From a virus (taxonomy: Duplodnaviria > Caudoviricetes), in the IMG/VR virus record IMGVR_UViG_3300031519_000053, positions 1-43,373 of that record: 43,373 nt of DNA. One strand, 5' to 3'. Below are positions 1 to 7,771 of the stretch, piece by piece. Position numbers and translations under genes: made by a program. The notes under the pieces were generated by a model. The model saw only the letters and a list, made by a program, of their open reading frames with translations, had not been told where the DNA came from and made no database searches. Numbering within the stretch: position 1 is the stretch's first letter; each line of letters begins with the position of its first letter.

Positions 1-763
1 TTAGATTAGAAGTCACAACCTTTGCATGAGATGGGACGATCTCTACTTGCCAACGTTTGCGCTCAACACATTGCATACTCAGATTAGACATTTGAGATCG
101 CCTGAATGAACTAGTTTCGCCCTTAAGTTGACTGATCGATTTGCAAATAATGGTATAAACGCCGTTGTCGTTATTGACTCCTTGCCCTGCTTGAATCCCT
201 GACAGGTTAATTTCAGTGACCAAACCAACAAAGCGCTGTTCTCCCCACCTATCGTTTTTATCGTAACCCATTTTTGTCTGCACAACTAAAGATCCGACGC
301 CGATCCCTAGTTCATTGATTCGAGCTTCTTGCTTCGCGCGCAATTTGCGAGTCTGGATCGTAAACAGTTTATAATCATTAGCAAGGTTCTTGCAGTTCCT
401 GCGCGTATGTCCGGACGTTCTACAATAACCGCACTTGCGTTGGCTAGCGCTTGCAGCCTTAGCCGCCTTTTTGTCGAGGTCCAAGCCGGTAGCTAAATCG
501 ATGTAGGCGCGAGTCGAATACTTGAGTCGGTTAAGCTCAGCATTATATTCCATGCTCTCTAGCGATCGCGTTAAATCCTTGCGCCGGAATTCACTAAGTG
601 AAGGTGTGTCGGCATCTTCCAAAAGTTGACGACGGTAGTCAGCGGCTAGAAGAGAATAGCGTTCGTACTTTGTTTTAATTTGCTCGGTTAACTGCGCACA
701 GCTGCGAGAGTTGTGACCTTGCTTATAACAGTAGCTGCATTTGACTGTTCCATTCCAAGACAT
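1..763 (-). CDS. Double CCHC zinc-knuckle protein (partial, runs off the left edge; absent from the ORF track)
   Basis: Hand translation from ATG 763 (AAGGA upstream) stays open to the edge. MSWNGTVKCSYCYKQGHNSRSC...KCGYCRTSGHTRRNC gives two C-x2-C-x4-H-x4-C motifs (698-739, 392-433). Confidence 0.85.
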   Translation of the reverse strand, partial: MSWNGTVKCSYCYKQGHNSRSCAQLTEQIKTKYERYSLLAADYRRQLLEDADTPSLSEFRRKDLTRSLESMEYNAELNRLKYSTRAYIDLATGLDLDKKAAKAASASQRKCGYCRTSGHTRRNCKNLANDYKLFTIQTRKLRAKQEARINELGIGVGSLVVQTKMGYDKNDRWGEQRFVGLVTEINLSGIQAGQGVNNDNGVYTIICKSISQLKGETSSFRRSQMSNLSMQCVERKRWQVEIVPSHAKVVTSNL

Positions 764-771
764 TCGTTTCT

Positions 772-845
772 TTCCTTAGTTGATGTATACATTATCCCAC
801 ATGCGAGAGAGAAAGTCAAGCGGGTTCTGTCAAGGGATTGTCAAG
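772..845 (-). promoter_or_regulatory. Sigma70-type promoter cassette copy with leader and SD
   Basis: TTGACT (819-814), 17 nt, GATAAT (796-791), TG extension. Extra CTTGAC at 829-834 and 840-845. 772-819 is identical to 10004-10051. Confidence 0.85.
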
Positions 846-896
846 GAAAAATAATCAGCCTTGAACCTGATATATCGCGATATCCGACGCAGGATC

Positions 897-1253
897 CTAA
901 GCCTTGCCCTTCGCGTTCGGGTTGCCGGCGTTGAATGCAACATGGCGCATTGGTCGACCGCTAAGGGGGCTGTTTGAGCTTGACAAATGACCGCCATACC
1001 CTCCATTGTGTCCGGTATTGTCCTTCCAGGCTGAGGCGTAGGCTCGGCGATCCTCTTTGGATTCAAAGGCGACGATAGAGATCGCAGCAGTCTTACCCTC
1101 GCCGGAAGTCAGACCGAGATACTTAACAGCTGTCTCAGTTCCTAACTCTTCAACGCAGGAAGGGCATTCGTTTATCTTTCCTCCGACTTGCTGCTTATAG
1201 TGTCCGTCAAGGTTAAATGTTGCGGTGCAATGCTTGCAGGTTTTGTTATTCAA
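897..1253 (-). CDS. Hypothetical protein with CxxC...CxxC zinc ribbon
   Basis: CKHC and CPSC motifs; AAGGA upstream. Confidence 0.75.
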   Translation of the reverse strand: MNNKTCKHCTATFNLDGHYKQQVGGKINECPSCVEELGTETAVKYLGLTSGEGKTAAISIVAFESKEDRRAYASAWKDNTGHNGGYGGHLSSSNSPLSGRPMRHVAFNAGNPNAKGKA

Positions 1254-1268
1254 CGTTTTGTTCCTTTT

Positions 1269-1691
1269 CTACCATTCAACCGGATCGTTAGCAATAGGCG
1301 CGGGAATCGTGCCACGCATCATCCGTTCAGCCCGACGATCGGCAGCCTTAGAACTGTTCTCGTCTGGCTTTGTCTGACTTTTTGCGCTCATTTGCGCAGC
1401 TGCTTCGAATCCAACAAAAGTATTAATAATCTCTATAGCTCCTTCCTGTTCGGGCTCTGGCTTGAGCCTGTCAGCTGCTAGCAGTGATGGATTGCGCGCA
1501 CCAAGCGATCGCATTTGCATATCCAGACTGGACAATAATCCTAGCTCATCGATCTCGACAGGTGAAAGTCGACCGCTTCGCGCGATCGCCTCTATTGCAA
1601 GGCAGCGATCGCCGATCAGACTCAGGATTATGGCAAATTCTTCATCGTTTAGCTCAAGGTTAATGTTAAGCCAGCACCGTTCTTCTCTCAT
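1269..1691 (-). CDS. Hypothetical protein
   Basis: 140-aa ORF with GGAGG SD, directly downstream of a promoter cassette. Confidence 0.7.
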   Translation of the reverse strand: MREERCWLNINLELNDEEFAIILSLIGDRCLAIEAIARSGRLSPVEIDELGLLSSLDMQMRSLGARNPSLLAADRLKPEPEQEGAIEIINTFVGFEAAAQMSAKSQTKPDENSSKAADRRAERMMRGTIPAPIANDPVEW

Positions 1692-1716
1692 TCCTATACC
1701 TCCAAAGTACTAAAGT

Positions 1717-1772
1717 ATTATCTCACATGCGAGAGAAAAAGTCAAGCATGCGATTGTAAAGAAAATGTCAGG
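1717..1772 (-). promoter_or_regulatory. Sigma70-type promoter cassette copy
   Basis: TTGACT (1745-1740), 17 nt, GATAAT (1722-1717). Degenerate extra boxes at 1756 and 1767. Confidence 0.8.
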
Positions 1773-1999
1773 GCTTCCATCGGGGTCGCCGTCCTTGCCG
1801 CGAACACCCACACGCCAGCCTTGCGTTAACTCCCGAAAAACATATGTTAAGGTTAAGTTAATCGGGTTTAAATAAAGCGTATTTGGATATATTAAATTAA
1901 TGTATAACCAGCTTTATTCGTGAATTCGTTTAAGGCACTGAATCCACGTAAATATATAATATGCGACGGAAGACCTGACAAAAGTTAGTTGTTATATGA

Positions 2000-2179
2000 T
2001 CATGCTTCCGCCGGTGTACACATTGTTGCGAATAAGAGAGCATGCGAATCGCGAAGACTAGGATCGTTAGCAGTCTCATCGTAAAGCACCATCATAGTTA
2101 ATAGATTCTCCATTCGAATCTGGATCACTTCTATGGGTGTTGCTGTTTGCTTTTCGTTGATTTGATAAGGTGTTAGCAC
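2000..2179 (-). CDS. Small hypothetical protein (59 aa, below the track cutoff)
   Basis: GTG start with AGGAG SD; MLTPYQINEKQTATPIEVIQIRMENLL...TPAEA. Confidence 0.55.
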   Translation of the reverse strand: MLTPYQINEKQTATPIEVIQIRMENLLTMMVLYDETANDPSLRDSHALLFATMCTPAEA

Positions 2180-2208
2180 TGTTATTGCTCCTGTTATATT
2201 TCTAAGGC

Positions 2209-2625
2209 TCAGACAAACGTTACTGTGTCAGCCCACTTAGACCACTGCGGATTTAAGATCACCCAAGGGATTGCTGCCTTTGAGAAGATTGTATTACTGA
2301 AGTTGTTGACTGATTTAAACTCTAGTTCGAAATGTGCTCCTGTGAGGTCAGCATAGTGGAGGTCTGCACCGCTGAGGTCTGCACCGTTGAGGTGGGCACC
2401 GTTGAGGTGGGCACCGTTGAGGTCTGCACCGGTGAGGTCTGCACCGTGGAGGTCTGATCGGCTGAGGTTTGCACCGCTGAGGTAGGCACAGCGGAGGTTT
2501 GCATAGCTGAGGTCTGCATAGCTGAGGTCTGCACCGTTGAGGTCTGCCCTCTTCCCGCTCTGTTCATCTGAGTCTACCCAGACTTTGTGATCTGCTAGAA
2601 TCTTTGTCAGTTGTTCTCTCATCAT
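2209..2625 (-). CDS. Pentapeptide-repeat protein
   Basis: Tandem A(D/N/H)LxG/Y repeats, seen as a 15-bp tandem repeat in the DNA; typical EQLTKILADHKVW N-terminus. Confidence 0.9.
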   Translation of the reverse strand: MMREQLTKILADHKVWVDSDEQSGKRADLNGADLSYADLSYANLRCAYLSGANLSRSDLHGADLTGADLNGAHLNGAHLNGADLSGADLHYADLTGAHFELEFKSVNNFSNTIFSKAAIPWVILNPQWSKWADTVTFV

Positions 2626-2686
2626 GTATACATTATCTCACAAGCGCAGAAGAAAGTCAAGCTAGTTTTGTCAAGTAGAGGTCAAG
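2619..2686 (-). repeat. 68-bp promoter cassette, copy A (upstream stop codon + promoter + leaderless start)
   Basis: 67/68 identical to 5805-5872. TTGACT-17-GATAAT-6 nt-ATGATG. Confidence 0.9.
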
Positions 2687-2805
2687 AAGCTTGCAAACTT
2701 TTCAATAACTGGAAGGATAAAAGCTAGAAACATAATGAAACCAAAAAGAATCGTCAGGACTTTGACAACGGTTTCAATAATGAAGCTTAAGATCCTCCTA
2801 TCCAT
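2671..2805 (-). CDS. Small membrane protein (44 aa)
   Basis: MDRRILSFIIETVVKVLTILFGFIMFLAFILPVIEKFASFLTST; TGATG-coupled to the upstream ORF. Confidence 0.6.
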   Translation of the reverse strand: MDRRILSFIIETVVKVLTILFGFIMFLAFILPVIEKFASFLTST

Positions 2806-2969
2806 CAGATAACGCAGTCCCATAAGCTTGGCGGGAAGAGCGAGGAGATCCAGTCAGTTACTGCCAAGACAAGACAACCGCTAGCAATTGCAGCTGCGAT
2901 AATCAGCGCTTTAAGCGACTGAGGCGCGGCTTGAAAGCTTTCCAGTTTTTTAATCGGGCTCGACATCAT
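2805..2969 (-). CDS. Small membrane protein (54 aa), probably leaderless
   Basis: MMSSPIKKLESFQAAPQSLKALIIAAAIASGCLVLAVTDW...; ATG 6 nt after GATAAT. Confidence 0.6.
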   Translation of the reverse strand: MMSSPIKKLESFQAAPQSLKALIIAAAIASGCLVLAVTDWISSLFPPSLWDCVI

Positions 2970-2975
2970 ATATAT

Positions 2976-3005
2976 ATTATCTCATAAGCGCTAGAAGAAG
3001 TCAAG
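2976..3005 (-). promoter_or_regulatory. Sigma70-type promoter cassette copy (leaderless output)
   Basis: TTGACT (3004-2999), 17 nt, GATAAT (2981-2976). Confidence 0.8.
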
Positions 3006-3305
3006 CGTTCTCTTGAGAATGTCAACGTTATCGCTGACAACTGCAAGATCTTCTGTATGCTCCCATATCTCGCGCCTGGATCCGAGACCCCGCGATAGGG
3101 CAGCTTCGCAGGAATTCCAATAGACTAAGCTCATAGTTTCACCAAGACCGCACGTCGATAGCTTCAACACAATTCCAAATATGCGCTGGTGCTTTGGTTG
3201 ATCAGAAAGGCTAAGCTCTAGCTGGTTCTGAGTCAGAAGATCAATATCACGAAAACGCATAACCAAATCACCAACGCGAGGACCCTGAGAACTGTAACGT
3301 TTCAT
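2991..3305 (-). CDS. Hypothetical protein, VGDLV (SH3/KOW-like) family
   Basis: RVGDLVMR...FGIVLK...LVYW; ATGA overlap with the upstream gene. Confidence 0.7.
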   Translation of the reverse strand: MKRYSSQGPRVGDLVMRFRDIDLLTQNQLELSLSDQPKHQRIFGIVLKLSTCGLGETMSLVYWNSCEAALSRGLGSRREIWEHTEDLAVVSDNVDILKRTLDFF

Positions 3306-3550
3306 TCCACGTGCTCTAAAAACATTTGATGAATTTTAAGGCTGCGCCCGTTTGTCATGTGAATATTCCAAATCTCTGAAACTGTATTTTGCTGTAGTAG
3401 CCTATGATCAGCACTCCCATATTCCGAGAGCCATGATGCCATCGATGATGGCTCTTGGGTCATCAAATGCCCCATACGACTAGCCGGCATGTTAGGGTGG
3501 TGGGTATTATCTTTAATCCTAACAAAATCTCCCTTTTTAAAAATCCTCAT
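3302..3550 (-). CDS. Hypothetical protein, KGDFVRI (SH3/KOW-like)
   Basis: FKKGDFVRIKD motif; tight gene packing. Confidence 0.7.
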   Translation of the reverse strand: MRIFKKGDFVRIKDNTHHPNMPASRMGHLMTQEPSSMASWLSEYGSADHRLLQQNTVSEIWNIHMTNGRSLKIHQMFLEHVE

Positions 3551-3914
3551 CGTTTTCTTCGTTTTCTTTATCGATTAAATCTTTTGTTGCTTCCGTCCAG
3601 GGATCATATTGCCAAGATCTCTCATAATAACCATCTTCGTTATATCCAGCTTCATGAAAGTAAAAGTCATTGCCTATATCTAGAGGGTAATAGCCTTGCT
3701 CAGACTGATCCGGATTGTCACGAAAATATACATCAGCCATCTCTGTAACAACTCGCTCTAGCAACTCTTCAAGGTGTTCTAGCTCCTCAAAGGCAGCTGC
3801 TTCCTGCGCATCGGCGAGATCCTGAGCTTTGGCTTGCTCTTCTTCTTCTCGCTGTCGCCGAAATGCGCCAAGATCAACAACATTATCAGAATCCTTGTTA
3901 TTGGTGCGATCCAT
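3537..3914 (-). CDS. Acidic hypothetical protein
   Basis: DNVVDLGAFRRQR motif; TAATG coupling. Confidence 0.75.
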   Translation of the reverse strand: MDRTNNKDSDNVVDLGAFRRQREEEEQAKAQDLADAQEAAAFEELEHLEELLERVVTEMADVYFRDNPDQSEQGYYPLDIGNDFYFHEAGYNEDGYYERSWQYDPWTEATKDLIDKENEENDEDF

Positions 3915-4228
3915 TAGCGGCGCTTGGGGCTGTTATTATAAGCCCAATCTGATCCCGAATCGCGATCAACAGTCACACGCCAAGCCTCCGGACACATGAT
4001 GTCGTCAGCAATGCGCGCAGCCAAGCCGACATGGCAGGAAGTGGTTTGACTAATATAGTTGCCGCTGCTGCTGGTGAAATCAGCGACGATCGTGCTTCCA
4101 TTTGGTGCGCGATGCCCAATCTTAAGATGATAGGAAAACAACGCCCCTCCTTCACAGGAAAGACCCTTACCTTTCTTGCCCGCATTTTTCCCGGCAGCCC
4201 ATGCCTTAACCAAATCTTCGTTCTTCAT
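3914..4228 (-). CDS. Hypothetical phage protein
   Basis: First gene after the promoter at 4290-4319. Confidence 0.75.
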   Translation of the reverse strand: MKNEDLVKAWAAGKNAGKKGKGLSCEGGALFSYHLKIGHRAPNGSTIVADFTSSSGNYISQTTSCHVGLAARIADDIMCPEAWRVTVDRDSGSDWAYNNSPKRR

Positions 4229-4289
4229 TCTTCACTTTCTCCGTTGGGTTGGCTTTACGCCGTTACGCTTCTCTCTACCTTACTTAGTA

Positions 4290-4344
4290 AGTATACCACA
4301 ATGTTCGCGCGTGAGTCAAGCTTATTTTGTCAAGTGGATGTCAA
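4290..4344 (-). promoter_or_regulatory. Sigma70-type promoter with triple TTGAC
   Basis: TTGACT (4319-4314), 18 nt, TATACT (4295-4290), TG extension. Extra TTGAC boxes at 4329 and 4340. Confidence 0.8.
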
Positions 4345-4368
4345 TTGACGCAAGCTTGCAAGCAAGAT

Positions 4369-4635
4369 TCAATCGTGTTCGGCAAAGAGCTTTCTGACAT
4401 ATGATTTACAAAAAGATAGCGTCGTCGGACCACCACGCGATCGCACCCCAACACTTGCTTCTCGCGCCTCAGCCGAGAACCGACAAAGCAGATTAGTTAG
4501 CTCAACTTTATTATAACGCATGCTATGAGCGCTAGAGCCGGCTATTTCATCAAGATTATGTAATATTGCAATGGTGTCGATAATGCCTTGAGGATCATCT
4601 GTGTCGATTACAATTACCGTTTGCATCGGGTGCAT
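4369..4635 (-). CDS. Hypothetical protein
   Basis: 88-aa ORF co-oriented with neighbours. Confidence 0.6.
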   Translation of the reverse strand: MHPMQTVIVIDTDDPQGIIDTIAILHNLDEIAGSSAHSMRYNKVELTNLLCRFSAEAREASVGVRSRGGPTTLSFCKSYVRKLFAEHD

Positions 4636-4678
4636 CCTTTTTATTTTTCGCGTATGATATAGCCGAGCTAGCGCGGAG

Positions 4679-4969
4679 CTAAGCGGCGCTAATGACTTCT
4701 AGCTCATCTTGCAAATACCCTAGCTTAGCCGGCTTGAGGCGCATGCCCACCCATACGTGATTTAGGTATTTGTGGATCAAAGCATCCTGCTTGCTTTGCC
4801 CTAATCGATATACCTCTGCATACAGGCGAATTTCACCTTTAGCGCATAGATTTTCCTTATTCAAGGTTAGGGACTCGTATACTCGACAAACAATCCCGCA
4901 ATCTTTTATATCGGAGTTAGGGTGTGTGTGCTTTGACTTTAGCTTAACTAAATCTCCTATTTTCATCAT
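4679..4969 (-). CDS. Hypothetical protein, MKIGDLV family
   Basis: MKIGDLVKL...CGIVCRV...ELEVIS. Confidence 0.75.
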   Translation of the reverse strand: MMKIGDLVKLKSKHTHPNSDIKDCGIVCRVYESLTLNKENLCAKGEIRLYAEVYRLGQSKQDALIHKYLNHVWVGMRLKPAKLGYLQDELEVISAA

Positions 4970-5067
4970 ATTCCGTGCTTTTGTTGGTGGTTTGCGTTGG
5001 GTTGCGCTTTAAGATAAGAAAAAATATAGGTCGAAAAAAAAGCGCGATCAGTTCGGGTCAAGCCCTA

Positions 5068-5415
5068 TCAATCATTATACCTTAGATAAGGGATGCCCGC
5101 TGGTAATTGTCCACCTATGATACCGCCGTGTTTGCAAATGACATCTACTATAACTTGCCTAGGGACATATGGGTACACCGTATTTGTCAGATCAAGGGAA
5201 TTTTCTGCGTATTGTGTTAGTAAGGGCTCCGGGGAAGATGGCATGCCTACTTCGACTTGCGAGTATGAAGGCGCTCGATCTCTTCGCGGGTGACTGTAAT
5301 TGAATGAACTTGCTTGCACGCTCATGCTAAAGCCATCTGCGCACTCAACTCTTTGATTTGGGCGATGCGCCGGCGGTCCATGTTCCGGATCAGGATTTAT
5401 TTGCTGTACTTTCAT
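5068..5415 (-). CDS. Phage hypothetical protein
   Basis: RVECADGFSMSVQAS..YS.PR...VEVG.PS..EP motif; start placed at the ATGA overlap (5415). Confidence 0.8.
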   Translation of the reverse strand: MKVQQINPDPEHGPPAHRPNQRVECADGFSMSVQASSFNYSHPRRDRAPSYSQVEVGMPSSPEPLLTQYAENSLDLTNTVYPYVPRQVIVDVICKHGGIIGGQLPAGIPYLRYND

Positions 5416-5603
5416 TCTTCGTTCTCCAGCCACTTATCAAGTAGGTCTATATAGATTTCATCAATAGCATAGGGGTGCATGCGCCCGCTGATAAAAACAG
5501 ACCATCTTTGTGGGTTTCTCTCTCTCATCAGGATCCCGCATGTCCCTTCTTTGTAACGGGGGTAGTTGCGAGAGCAGACCCTTACCAGATCACCGACTTT
5601 CAT
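5412..5603 (-). CDS. Hypothetical protein, MKVGDLV family
   Basis: MKVGDLVRV...CGILM...WSVF. Confidence 0.75.
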   Translation of the reverse strand: MKVGDLVRVCSRNYPRYKEGTCGILMRERNPQRWSVFISGRMHPYAIDEIYIDLLDKWLENEE

Positions 5604-5811
5604 TTACCACCTTCAAGTATTTTTGCTCTTCATTTGTACACTCTTTCTGTGCGCCCCAGTAAACAACAGTACCAAAGGCACGCTCTTGTTGGGCAATAAC
5701 AATACCGGTTGATCTATAACGACCCAGTGGTGAATCCTTATTGGTATACTCCACCAGATCACCGACTTTCACCTTTGCTCTCTCTCCATTTAGTTGCTCT
5801 TTCTTCATCAT
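5590..5811 (-). CDS. Hypothetical protein, VKVGDLV family, probably leaderless
   Basis: VKVGDLVEY...TGIVIA...VVYW...LKVVNE. Confidence 0.75.
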   Translation of the reverse strand: MMKKEQLNGERAKVKVGDLVEYTNKDSPLGRYRSTGIVIAQQERAFGTVVYWGAQKECTNEEQKYLKVVNESR

Positions 5812-5872
5812 GTATACATTATCTCACAAGCGCAGAAGAAAGTCAAGCTAGTTTTGTCAAGTAGATGTCAAG
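5805..5872 (-). repeat. 68-bp promoter cassette, copy B
   Basis: 67/68 identical to 2619-2686. Confidence 0.9.
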
Positions 5873-6156
5873 TCATGTTCGTCGAGTTGTTCGGTAGATC
5901 CTTCTTTGCCTTGCATTAAGATCTTAGCTGCACTTGCCGTCTTTATGTCTTTGACGTTGTAACCTAGCTTTTCTAATACTTTTGAGATAATATTGCTTCT
6001 TCGTCCTGATACGCAGTAGACTAGTATTTCGCTATCTGCTGGTATCTTTTCAAGATTGTCCATGATCATATAGTGGGGAATGTTTATGCTACCAGGGACA
6101 TCGTTATCTATGAACTCCTCGCGCCCGCTAACATCTAAAAATACTTTGTTCTTCAT
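5857..6156 (-). CDS. Single-domain rhodanese-like sulfurtransferase
   Basis: FLDVSGREEF...VPGSINIP...ILVYCVSGRRS...LGY. Confidence 0.85.
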   Translation of the reverse strand: MKNKVFLDVSGREEFIDNDVPGSINIPHYMIMDNLEKIPADSEILVYCVSGRRSNIISKVLEKLGYNVKDIKTASAAKILMQGKEGSTEQLDEHDLTST

Positions 6157-6163
6157 GTGATTA

Positions 6164-7108
6164 CTAAACCTTCGCGGTCGGATCTCCTATCATTAAGATC
6201 TCGACTGCCTTCTTTGCGCTGTGTGTTCCATTCTCGTTCTTCTTTCGCCGACCAGCGGTATAAGTAACATCAAATTTTAGCAAAGCATTGTTGCCCTTGC
6301 GTTCCTCAAAGAATCCATCGCCTACCTCACGATTAGACATAAGTGTGTAAGCACCTAATGTCTTGGAGTCGTTTAGCAAATCAATTACCCTCTGTTGGAT
6401 CTTATCGTCAAAGTCAACGCCGTATTGAGTGAATGAGCCGCGATAAGGCGGATCCAGAAAGACAAAAGAACCGCTCTGAATATGTGGGAGAACATCCCCA
6501 AAATCGCCGGTTAGCAAGGTACACTGCTGCAACGCGCTGTGCCACTTCATTACATTATCTCGATCATAAACCTTATCCTTTTGGTTCAATAGTCCGCTTG
6601 GGGTTCCAAACCTGCCGTTGGTATTCTTATTTACCTGCCAGATACCGTTAAAGCCGGTCTTCATGAGAAAATATAATACTGCTGCTTCTTTTGTGGCATC
6701 CCAGTTTTGATATTTAAAAGCATGCAGGTCTCTCAAACGATAATAATAATATCGACGGCAAGGGCTTAAATCATACAGTTGTTTCCAATCTTTTTCTAAC
6801 TCCTTCTCTATCGCCTTGCTTGTTTCCCCCTTCTCCAAAGGCAGATACTCGGCTGACATCTTATCCATGTGCTCAGTGAATACCTGAACATCGTTTTTGA
6901 TTGCTGTGTAGATCGACATGATTCCAGCATTCAAATCATTGATAATAAGATCCGCCTTTGGATTTTTATCATGAGCCCAAATAAACATTGCGCCGCCGCC
7001 CATAAAGGGTTCGACGTAGCTGCTAAATGTGGAGGGTAGGGCATCTGCGGCTGTGTATTTGGAAATCATTTTGTTCTTTCCGCCAGCCCACATAAATAAT
7101 GGCTTCAT
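6164..7108 (-). CDS. dam: Dam-family (D12 class) DNA adenine methyltransferase
   Basis: WAGGK, YVEPFMGGGAMF, INDLN, GFNG, FLDPPY and MSN motifs. Confidence 0.92.
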   Translation of the reverse strand: MKPLFMWAGGKNKMISKYTAADALPSTFSSYVEPFMGGGAMFIWAHDKNPKADLIINDLNAGIMSIYTAIKNDVQVFTEHMDKMSAEYLPLEKGETSKAIEKELEKDWKQLYDLSPCRRYYYYRLRDLHAFKYQNWDATKEAAVLYFLMKTGFNGIWQVNKNTNGRFGTPSGLLNQKDKVYDRDNVMKWHSALQQCTLLTGDFGDVLPHIQSGSFVFLDPPYRGSFTQYGVDFDDKIQQRVIDLLNDSKTLGAYTLMSNREVGDGFFEERKGNNALLKFDVTYTAGRRKKNENGTHSAKKAVEILMIGDPTAKV

Positions 7109-7148
7109 AAGATATTCATAGTTTGTTGTGCAGCCTCATCATGTATAT

Positions 7149-7178
7149 ATTATCCCATAAGCAAGAGCAAAAGTCAAG
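7149..7178 (-). promoter_or_regulatory. Sigma70-type promoter cassette copy (leaderless micro-ORF output)
   Basis: TTGACT (7177-7172), 17 nt, GATAAT (7154-7149), 6 nt, ATGATG. Confidence 0.8.
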
Positions 7179-7220
7179 TGCAACCTCCTATTATAACCGG
7201 GAGGCGTCGGTAGTTTTAAA

Positions 7221-7297
7221 TGGTACGCCCTACTGGATTCGAACCAGTGACATTCCGCTTAGAAGGCGGATGCTCTATCCAGCTGAGCTAAGGGCGC
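7221..7297 (-). tRNA. tRNA-Arg(UCU)
   Basis: GCGCCCTTAGCTCAGCTGGATAGAGCATCCGCCTTCTAAGCGGA...GGTTCGAATCC...ACCA; 77 nt with encoded CCA. Confidence 0.95.
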
Positions 7298-7312
7298 TTA
7301 AACCACTCTCTT

Positions 7313-7342
7313 ATTATAGAACAAAAGAGTGGGGTTTGTCAA
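7313..7342 (-). promoter_or_regulatory. Sigma70 promoter for tRNA-Arg
   Basis: TTGACA-18-TATAAT; CCACTCT/AGAGTGG inverted repeat flanks the -10 box. Confidence 0.75.
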
Positions 7343-7350
7343 GAACTAAA

Positions 7351-7560
7351 TCAAACAGAATCATCCGTAAAGCTACTTGCGAAGTAAGCCGGATGGTCTC
7401 CCGTCACCATGGACAGCACCAACCCTTGCTGAGCAGTGATCGACTTTCCTATATCTTCCCAGGCTTTTCGCTTATCAATCGACCCGACAAACTTAGTTGC
7501 TTGTAGCTCCTTGTTCTTATCTTGCCAGATCACTGTATAGATCATATTTTCTTCTCTCAT
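7351..7560 (-). CDS. Hypothetical protein
   Basis: MREENMIYTVIWQ...; start trimmed from the track ORF. Confidence 0.6.
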   Translation of the reverse strand: MREENMIYTVIWQDKNKELQATKFVGSIDKRKAWEDIGKSITAQQGLVLSMVTGDHPAYFASSFTDDSV

Positions 7561-7577
7561 TAATTTTGACTCTTTGT

Positions 7578-7649
7578 CTACTGAAAGACCGTGCTTACTG
7601 CCACAATCCCAATCACGACGCATAACATGCCTGCTCCGATAGTTGCCAT
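7578..7649 (-). CDS. Possible 23-aa membrane peptide
   Basis: MATIGAGMLCVVIGIVAVSTVFQ with GAGGA SD. Confidence 0.4.
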   Translation of the reverse strand: MATIGAGMLCVVIGIVAVSTVFQ

Positions 7650-7693
7650 TGTTATCCTCTCTTTTTCATTGTTTGCTGGTTGTTCTTCAAAAA

Positions 7694-7769
7694 TGGTGGG
7701 ACGTTCGGGGCTCGAACCCGAGACCAATGGATTAAAAGTCCAGTGCTCTACCAACTGAGCTAACGTCCC
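7694..7769 (-). tRNA. tRNA-Lys(UUU)
   Basis: GGGACGTTAGCTCAGTTGGTAGAGCACTGGACTTTTAATCCA...GGTTCGAGCCC...ACCA; 76 nt. Confidence 0.95.
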
Positions 7770-7771
7770 AA

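Noticed and set aside
79-285. 68-aa minus-strand ORF
   Set aside because: Out-of-frame overlap inside the longer zinc-knuckle ORF (1-763).
2322-2567. QTS-repeat ORF and 15-bp tandem repeats as a CRISPR array or separate gene
   Set aside because: Alternate frame of the pentapeptide-repeat gene; there are no unique spacers.
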